From: Paragordius varius
Lineage: Eukaryota > Animalia > Nematomorpha
Length of the DNA: 64,000 bases
Assembly: GCA_964247055.1 (NCBI GenBank)
Contig: OZ176050.1
Span: forward strand, 13,082,001 to 13,146,000
Direction of reading: 5' to 3'
The notes under the pieces are model-generated. The model saw nothing but the letters and a program-made list of their open reading frames with translations. It did not search any database and was not told the DNA's origin. Of the stretch, positions 54,437-64,000 are shown piece after piece. Both the position numbers and the translations under genes were made by a program. Within the stretch, counting starts at the first letter, position 1. Each line of letters starts with the position of its first letter.

Positions 54437-54762
54437 CATTCCTTCCAATTTTTAGTTTTCATATATTTGTCCATTATTTTAAACAAATGGCTATCTATTT
54501 ACCTCTATAATGCAATAATTTTATGATATATATTAATTTTTAATAAATTTTTTTAAATTTCTGTAATTTTATTAAATAATTAATTCAACAAATATTTAAT
54601 TCGAATATAATAAAAGTTTGATTTAGATTACTCAAAATATGTACATCCATAAATGATTTAAACATTCCTAAATCAACATAAATTAAAAAATAATAACCAA
54701 TCTGATTGCCTATGAATGTAGTCATTCTGGTCAATAGTCTATAAATAAATATTGGAAATATA

Positions 54763-55022
54763 CAGTTAAAACTGAAATTATACGGACAAAACGTAAAAAT
54801 ATAAAGACAAATATTTTTTTCTAAAATACAACCATACTTTTTAAATCTTGATTTATTTCAATATAACTCATTGTTTTAAATGCAAAGTGATATAAATTAC
54901 TAACAATCAATTCAATATTTTACAATTGTGTCTAAATAGCTTATATAGGATAAATTAAGGTTTATAAAAGTATGGTTGTCTTTTATTGTTACGTTTTGTC
55001 CGTATGATTTCAATTTATACTA
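54763..55022. mobile_element. MITE family B
   Basis: Both TIRs, TA flanks. Confidence 0.75.
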
Positions 55023-55264
55023 TATATTAAAAATAACTGATAAAAGGATACAGTTGATTATATCTTTATAGATATAGATCAAAATTTATATTTTTGCTTG
55101 GACAAATTTTATTCAATCATTATATATTTATTTTATTTGACGTAATTAAAGCATGTTCGGAAAATAACTAACTATTATTATAAGCGGACACATACATGGT
55201 TTGGAAGCATTTATATATACATTAACCTATCAGACCTAATAGCAAGAGAAATGAAAAAAAATAA

Positions 55265-55537
55265 AATTGAAATCATACGGACAAAACGTTAAAATATAAA
55301 GACAAATATTTTTTTCTAAAAGGCCATACTTTTTAGATCTTGATTTTTTAACATTTAATTAATTGTTAAAAATTTGAAAGTATGGAATAGAGATGTATAT
55401 TGGTAACAAAATAACTTATATATTTTATAATTGTAAATAAATTATTAATATGGGATTTTAGATTCAAAAAAGTATGGTTGTCTTTAGAAAATAATTATCT
55501 TTATAACGTTTTGTCCGTATAATATCAGTTTTTACTG
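55265..55537. mobile_element. MITE family B
   Basis: Left TIR eroded, right TIR ...CAGTTTTTACTG-TA. Confidence 0.7.
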
Positions 55538-56967
55538 TAATTTTTTGCCTAATAACTGTTTACGCATATATACTAGTGAGGTTTATACATTTTAAAAATG
55601 ATCATGAGTAATGTTTTATGGCGTTTAATTCCAGTTGGAATGGATTTTTTAGTCATTTGAGGCTAAAAAAATTTGATTCCTTTATACAATAAAATAAAAT
55701 ATGTAATATCCCCTCATTAACTTGATTGATATGAGCATAATTTGCCGACAGATTAGTAATTATATCTTTATTTTAACTTTAATGTAAATTTGCCATCATT
55801 CTCCCATTATATATATTAAATTATAATTGGGAATTGTTTGTTTTATACATTAATGTACTTATTATAATTGCTTTTGTTTTATTATTATGCCAAAGATGGA
55901 ATTTAAAGTCACCGAAAAAGTTTTATAAATGTGGTAGGCGTGCTTGGGTTTCATCAAAACAATCGAAAAATACTCAATGACATTTTTATTTCATTTTAGC
56001 ATCAATATTTTGCGGTTTGCGTGTCAAATCTAATTAAGTTACAGTATAGTATCATTTTCATTTTTTGGCTATATTTTAGTAAATAATATTATTATTATAT
56101 AAAAATTAAATTGTGATATAAAAAATAAATTTAGATTGACTTGTTTTAATGAGCTTGACTAACAAACTATTTAACTTGTTATTAGTTAATATCATGCATG
56201 CTTCACAATAAATAAAGCACAATATATGGGAAAAGCTTAATGGTACACTAATTTAAAGCTTGGAATTTGTTTTGGAAAAAATTTTGTTTAAACTATAAAA
56301 AAAACATTTTTTAATCATCATAAAATTTCGTTATTGGTTCACATAATACTAATAATTACTTAAAGAAGTCATTTTATTTTTAACATCATAAAATTTGACA
56401 ATAAATTATCTGGCGTGGGAGTTCATTAAAAAAAGAATGTTAATTAAACCAAAGAAATTCTCTTACATTGTAACATTTTAATTTTGAGTAGCCAAGTATT
56501 TAGAGATTTTAATAAAAAAAATTTTTATTAGATACCCATAAAATTGTTTGGGAATCATTATTATTATGTAAAAGCTTTGAAAAAACTTAAAAAAGTCTCA
56601 TTAATTTTAAGTTATAATTGGTACGCGGAATAGTTTTTAAATAATTTTTAATATAAGTTAACTTTATGTAAGTCTGTACGGCTCTTTCATAACTCGAGAA
56701 TCAAAACTATTTAATGCTTGGATGTAAAATAGGAAATATTTAATAAAATTGTTGGTTACGTAAGGATACTTTGACACTTTCAAAAAACTGCTGCCTTGGT
56801 CTTAAGAAAAGGGCAACAGATTTTAGCTTTATAACTAATACCAAAAAAATACGGTTATCCGATTATATAAAATTTTGGAATTATGATTGCTTAGCTTAAT
56901 ATAAAAAATACAGTTTAAAACAATGGTACTCAACAAAATATTTCGCGGGCCCCTATTTCGTATATTA

Positions 56968-57150
56968 CAGTAGGCATTTTCATGGTTGCTTATTTCACAC
57001 TATAGTAGGGCAATTTTCAACAAAGTAGTGTATGGAAAAAAGAAACGAAAAAATTGTTTATTTAACAATTTTTTGTTTTTCCATACTAGACTACTGTGTT
57101 GCAAATTGTCAACTAGAGTGTGAAATAAGCAACCATTAAAATGCTTACTG
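56968..57150. mobile_element. MITE family C
   Basis: CAGTAGGCATTTTCATGGTTGC ... GCAACCATTAAAATGCTTACTG, TA flanks. Confidence 0.8.
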
Positions 57151-59989
57151 TAATACCGAATACTTGGCTGTTTAACATATATAAATATATTAAATTAACT
57201 TTTATTATAATTATTTATGCTTTCCCAAATTATGAATACAAACATAGCTAGGGAATTTTGTCATTTGAGAAGTTTAAGCATAATTTTTCCGATCATGCGA
57301 CAGAAAAAGATCATCACCTAGATGAAATCATAGTTTTAAAGTTTTTTACCATCATTTTCAATTGATTTATGACTTAAATTTTGATTACATTTTATTCATC
57401 CATTACCTTATTAATTACTATAAATCACAATCCTAATTATTCTTTGATTTACACATTTACTATTTCAAAGCAACTAAATACATTTTAATTACACATATAG
57501 CACCATAAAAACACAATGGCTTATGATAAAAAAATTCCAATTTACAAGATGAGTTTTTTTTGTAAAATATAAAATTACCTTAAATTACATCACCCTTTAA
57601 TAATTTAGTAGTATTTATTAGTAAATTTCATGTGACATTTAACAGAATTAAATTATCGTAAATAATAAATAGCCCGCGCATGTGTCATTGACTAAAACAA
57701 ACAAAAAAATTTTTTTTGAAAAAAATGCATGAAACCATAAAAAAAGTGTGCAAAAATCAAATCCTCTCATCATTAAATCCATTATATCCATTTACTTTAT
57801 TACTGTCTTTTTAGCGCGCCAGTATATATATGAATTTCCCTAAAGTGACATTAATACTTTATGTTTTAGGATACTCTTTACTAATAATTATTGCGAAAAA
57901 TATTGAAAAAAATAACTGAAAACATCCTCCATAGATATCACATTTTAGTATATAAAGAGACAAAACTCACCAGGATAAAAATCATTTCTAAATATTTCTT
58001 TGATATTATGAAAGCGAAAAACGGTAGAGGAGTTGTGTATCATCCATAAAAATTTTATATTAGTAAAAAAGCAAACAAAAAATCACATTCTTTTTAAATA
58101 GATGCGTATATGATGATACTAAGTTGAATCAAAATAGTTTAGAAATTTTCTTCCTGTTAAATGATAAAAGCACACTTTGAATGTGTAAAACTTTACCATA
58201 ATAATATAATACATACACTTTAAAAATTCTTCTTCCAGACATACGCAGTTAGTGTTAATTTTGGGAATTTTATAGCTTTTTTTCTCCCTTAAACCTTTCA
58301 ATCCCATTAACACTACTCTTTTATCGCAAAATTAATTATCGCTACAAACGGGATGAGATGTTTTATTAACATTAGAGAATTATATATTTTAAAAAATTTT
58401 TTGTGTCTCTTTTTGACGTTTATGAACCTGTTAAAAAAGGAAGAAACATAGTGTAAAAGCGGCAAATTATCAAAAGATTTTTACCATATAAAAATTTAAT
58501 TGGTATATTTTATCTCATAAAAGATTATGTGTAACTTATAACATATTTGGAACTACTAATTATATATAATGAAGAACATAATCTTAAATTATCAAAATAT
58601 TTCAACATTAATAAAAAAACGTCCAATGTCCAACACAGTAAACGAAAAAGAATCCTCTGCATAACCCTTAAAATCGTTAAAATGTAACTGAAATAAGAGT
58701 TTTAAAAATATTGGTACCAGTTGGGTATTAAACATGTTTTTGAATTTAAAATTCTGCGCTTAAAAAGATCTAGACTATAATATAAAGTCCTGCGAATCAT
58801 AGGTTGTTGAAAACCATGCAGTATTTCATGGTGATATCTCAACCACGCAAAGGTGATAAAAGTTGATAAACTTTTAAAAATATTCTGAATCGAGAAAATC
58901 ATTAGGATTTCATGGTTTTGGTTTTGGGGGTTACGAGTCACTTAAAGAGATGTATTATTTATCCAAAATCAAAGTTTTTACAAAAACTTCGTACAAATTA
59001 TGTTAATCAAAAATGTTTTAGCAGCTGATGCATCTGGTAAAATTTGTTAATATGGTCCATATGTTTTTAAACATTTCCATTAGCTCATGACTTTAATTGC
59101 AAACGGTATTGAAGCCTTAATGAAATTAGCATTATAAACCATGAATATTTTTATTTTTTTGGGAAGGGAAGTATACATTAATATGGTCAATTTTATGAAT
59201 CGATAATCCTTTTAATTATCTGCCATCTTATTTCTATAAAATTCACTAATGTTAAAAAAATAAAATTACATAAAAATTTACATACTAATTCCATATTTAA
59301 TTGAAAATCATTTTAAGAAAATCTCTATAATACAACATTTTTTATATTTAATTGACAAATATTGTAAGCTGAATTCTATTCCTAAAAATATAGGGCTGGA
59401 GTAATATTTTAGGTTTCGATTTACGTTAATAAATTCATTACATAGGACATAATCCACAAATATTTTCATGGGTTTCTATATTCATTCTTCTACATTAAAA
59501 TATGTTGCATATCTGAACGTTTAATATAATTGTATCATTTTGTTTTTTTCGACAATTTTTAAACCATGTTTTAATAAAAAGCAACATATTTTTCACAAGC
59601 AACATTTTTTCAACCAAGCGCAACATTTTTTATCCAAACAATTTTTTTAAGCTAACGCAACAATTTTTCAAGCAGAAACAATAGAAAAAATGTTGCCATT
59701 TTTGGCTTAGAGTCTCTCAAAACCCGTTAAAATGGGCTAGTTTTTGTAAAAGAAAAAACTTGGGTTCGGTAAGAATTATATTTTATGATGTTGAAAACTG
59801 TAGTACCATTTAAGTACATTTAACTATCTTAAACCCAAATTTAGCTAAAATTTAATTGGACAGCAAAGTGTGCGTTGATTAAATATGACCTTTTAATTTA
59901 GAAATCAAAATCTATATCGCACATTATTTAGGATTTAGATGGGGACTTCGGACTCCTCAAACTTGCTTTGACGTCAACTCTGTAAGAGA

Positions 59990-60250
59990 ATCATGTCCGG
60001 ATGTGATTCTGTCAAGAAAACCGTCTCAATGCGCACTCATATATGTTATGTAAAATCACGATCGCTCATTAAAATTTCTGTGCATAAGTGAAAAGGAGGG
60101 GTAAAAAAACACATCCTTGTCTCACACCTCTGAGGATAGGACAATGATTTTAGCTTTTGTATGATTACGATAGAAGTTAATTATACTTTCTTCGATTTGT
60201 CTCCTCTGTAAAACATTTAAACAATATATTTTATCAGGTTTTCGTATGCA
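59990..60250 (-). pseudogene. Short LINE RT remnant
   Basis: Minus strand reads ILRGVRQGCVF.PLLF (RT domain 4 motif) with surrounding decayed frames. Confidence 0.55.
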
Positions 60251-62301
60251 CTTTTCATAATATATTATTGATAATAATATGACAAAAAATTTGGAAGTTA
60301 ATAATAAAAGAGGTGAACAACGGCGGTATACTTTTATCAGTGCCCAATCTTAACAAAATATGTATTTTTGTTTGAAATAGTTATTTATTATTTCATCAAG
60401 AAAACAATATATTGTCAATTAGTCACATATAATTTAGAGATTATTGTAATTTAAAGTCTATAGTTTAAAATTTAAAGCTTATACACTCATAATTATATAC
60501 AAACTGGAAACTTTAAAGAGATAATAGAAAATTTGTTTTGGATAACATGCAAAAAATAAAAACATATAAAAAAGTTATAATTAACGGTTTATATTTATAC
60601 AATTAACACATTAAAAAAATAGTTGAATCAGGAGAGATATGATGTGGCTTGCACGTAATATAATTAAATTGATATAGTACATAAAGGTTACTTTTTGGAT
60701 TCTCTGTTAAAATAACAAAATATCAAAGGCAAATAACTTAAATTATATTATCAGCATTAAGATAAACAGACAAATTTTTGGATTAATTAAAATTGAATAA
60801 TAAATTAGAATTTTTTTTGGATTTATAACCATATATTTCAGTTTTTCTTTGCATTCTATATACCGTTATAGTTAAAACTTTTTAATAAATCATATTTCGA
60901 AAGAAAAATACTATTATGGTAATACAACCGTTGTCGGCCTCTTTGCATCTATAGGGAAAAAAACTAAAGGGCTTAATTTCTTTGAGTATACGAAGATAAC
61001 ATCATTTTCCCCAAAATATCTTTAAAGTATTACCCACCAACAGCCTTTTTGCCGCCAAGTTATTAAATTATTATCATGCGTGGTATTAACATTTATTATT
61101 AGATTTATATCTATATATTTATCTAATATGTAAAAAAAGATTTAGGATTCAAAATTAAAAACAGAATGTTTAATTTTAGAAAAAAATCTAAAAACTTTTG
61201 TTGGTTCTTTTCCATGTGACAATTTAATCACATTCCGATAATCTGCCGCCATATACACACAAACATTCAAAAAACTTAATCAAATTTTACTTTTTTGGTA
61301 ATATCTTTGGGTGCCTTTCATAGTTTACATTAATTTTCCAGCGTAAAATCCTCTTGTTGGGATTATTTTATCATTTTATAATTAAAGCAGAATTATAGTT
61401 AACTTTTTAGGATTGCAATATTTAATTTTTTTTTGAGTATAGGTATTTAGGGTCATTTAAGTTCATAAATTTTGGATAATATTCCACATTTCTAAAGTAT
61501 CCAATATATTGATAAAATAAAAGTTTTTGCCTTAACAAAAGAAAAAAATCCCATTTTTTACGCTTAATTATGTAAATCCATTCAATAAATAAAAAAACGG
61601 TCTATAATTTTAAACTAATTAAAGTGCGATTAGAATAAAAACTACAAAAGAGTGATTATATTAATCAAGCTTTAAAAAAATGATTTAAATATTTGTAAAA
61701 AAATCAAATAATTAACCACCAATTATAAAGTACAAAATATCCAATAAATAAAATATCATAAAATATAATGAATGCTTTTATTTGAGTTAATCCGATTTAA
61801 ATGACATTTTTTCGTACATTTTTTTACTTAAATGATTTATGATACATCTATATAATAATCAATTATTTTGTTAAAGGTTTGGTTTTGAAAATAATTAAAC
61901 AATACACACAGACATGTTTGTTTTAAAATTATCTCTTTGATGTTCATTTAAGCAATCAAGAGTTTAGTTTGGTTATTTATCACCTTAAATGAACTCTCAA
62001 AGATTGTTACAGGTGAATGCGCGGCATAAAATCCGTTGTTTAAAGATTATTTTTTGAAAAAAAGCCATTTTGATCACTTAATTATTTAATGGTAATATCT
62101 TTTTACTTATATACACCAATAATAAACATAGTTTATGAAATTTGTTAATAATAGATTTGCTTGTTTTTTCTTAAAACACCGAAAGACTAATTACAAACCA
62201 TTTACCTTTCCTAGGGTTTATATACAGTTTAAACGGTCAGCGCTCGCTTAATCCATAATAATCAACACAAAAGATGAAATCAAGTTTTATCATTTAAAGC
62301 G

Positions 62302-62550
62302 CTGGGATGTTCAACATACGGCCCTCCAAAATATAAATGCAGTTTGCGAGAAATTTCATATAGAAAATTATACACGAAATTTAAATAAAATTCATTTTAT
62401 TAAAAATAAAAGTATTTCCGAATTTTAGCAATAAACTAGGAAAGATTTTTTTTTAGTTTTATGTTTGAAATCTAAAATATTTATTAAGGCTTCCTGTTGG
62501 ATTTTTGATGCGAAAATGCGGCCCACGAAGCCATTAGTGTGATACCCCTG
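62302..62550. mobile_element. hAT-like MITE
   Basis: CTGGGATGTTCAAC ... GTGATACCCCTG ends with GCGGCCC subterminal motifs; near-match flanks ATTTAAAG / ATTTAGAG. Confidence 0.5.
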
Positions 62551-63015
62551 ATTTAGAGAGTTATTTTATCAATACAAAGTGGATACTGTAAAAATGTTTG
62601 TTTTACAAAAATATTAACTTATTTTAATTTGGATGAAAATAAAAAGTTTACGGAGTCAATATAAAGAGTTAAAGGCTAATTTTTTTCATAAAATGGCGTT
62701 AGCTATTTTCTATATAATCTATATAATTATAGTTAAAAAAAATTGACTCTGTTTGCTAACTATTTACAACCTAATCATATTGAATGAAAAACAAAACTCA
62801 CATAATCATCTGTTTTATGTTAATGCTTTGAATAAACCATAAAAATTGAAATTACAATGTGGTTGTTTGGATTTATATTGATAGAAGGCAAAGCTTACCT
62901 AGTCGATGTGCCTGTTTTAAAATTGAACCAAACGATTGAAATGGTAATAACGGTTTTATCGTTTTTAGTGTTTGTGATATGTGTTTCAGTTAGTGTACAA
63001 ATCTATTATTATTTA

Positions 63016-63162
63016 CAGTAAAAATGATATACAAACAAACGTAAAAATGTAAACAATTTTTTTCAAAAGACAACCATACTTCATACCTTAATATGGTTGT
63101 TTTTAGAAAAAATTATTGTTTTTATAATTTTACGTTTTGTCCGTATATTTCAAGTTTTACTG
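63016..63162. mobile_element. MITE family B (short)
   Basis: TA-CAGTAAAA ... TTTTACTG-TA with the ACAACCATA internal motif. Confidence 0.75.
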
Positions 63163-63498
63163 TAATAGACAACAAAACATATCATTTGCACGATTCTATG
63201 TGCTACCTCTCTCTCTGAATCATTTAAAAATATACTGTTATGTCTCAAATTCATAATGTTGTAAAAAATCGTATTTCGAACGGTGGGGGGACTTTAAATG
63301 ATTCATGCACCAATAAGATAAATGACCATACTTTACGGTAAAAATTTCAGAGTTAGCAATACTTAATTTAGTTGGCCAAAAAAGCCTCTTTTGAAATTTA
63401 CAGTATTCTCTTGACTTTTTAACCCATAGACATTAAACATACGCAAAAATTATCATAAAAGCTAGTTAAACTGTTTTAGAAGTTAATTGGATTTTTGA

Positions 63499-63549
<51 letters not shown>

Positions 63550-63552
<3 letters not shown>

Positions 63553-63745
63553 TATGAATAAGTATACATTGCTATAAAAGTTATTAATTATTGCCAAGTT
63601 GCTTCTACAACAAAGGGAAGTATTATTGGTTTACAGTTATTTTTTCCCTTTTTACTATTATTAGCCAATAATAATTCTCTTTGTTGCATATACTATTTGG
63701 TAATAATTAGTAACTTTCTATCATTATATATACTTACTCATGCTG
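63550..63745. mobile_element. MITE family D
   Basis: TA-CAGTATGAATAAGTATA ... TATACTTACTCATGCTG-TA. Confidence 0.8.
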
Positions 63746-64000
63746 TAAAAGGGGTAATCCTGTTTCCTATATATTTATGGGTAAATAAAATTTATAAGCT
63801 TTTTGCAAAATTGTAAGCATTTTATCTATACAACATTTCCAATCCTTAGCCTATATTTTGATGCAACGTGTATGTTATCTATAATAATAATACACAAAAG
63901 GTTTTTTTACAAACACTAAAAATCAATTTAATTAAAAAAACGTAATTAAATGAAATACTGAGGCACAGAAGCGCTCAAATTTTAAATTTATTTTTTTGTG

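Noticed and set aside
54200-64000. Protein-coding or RNA genes in the last 10 kb
   Set aside because: Only MITEs, an RT remnant and (TA)n tracts were recognised; no exon-like or tRNA/rRNA-like sequence. Small exons of a large-intron gene cannot be excluded.

Overview
Very AT-rich eukaryotic (invertebrate animal-type) genomic DNA with GT-AG introns; the organism cannot be identified from the sequence alone. The window opens with a ~3.2 kb G/T-rich 21-bp minisatellite interrupted by a 5'-truncated Penelope-like element. A very compact gene block follows at 4.7-10.3 kb: MOCS2A, TSSC4 and MOCS2B in tandem on the minus strand, ATOX1 head-to-head with them, then GID8 head-to-head with an apparently N-terminally truncated ASH2L. 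Next come an orphan secreted Cys-rich peptide gene, a GTF3C4 (TFIIIC90)-like gene and a 12-exon GH13 maltase. The last ~10 kb has no recognisable gene. Large introns are filled with mobile elements (two RTE-type LINE lineages, a Mos1-like mariner, Helitrons, hAT-like elements, several MITE families) and with foldback structures whose arms carry hammerhead ribozyme motifs. Strongest leads: (1) a candidate MOCS2A-TSSC4-MOCS2B tricistronic locus; (2) 24-30 nt introns; (3) a hammerhead-bearing foldback repeat inside host introns; (4) a Bre2-like short ASH2L. All gene models and homology calls come from manual reading and recalled protein motifs, not database searches.
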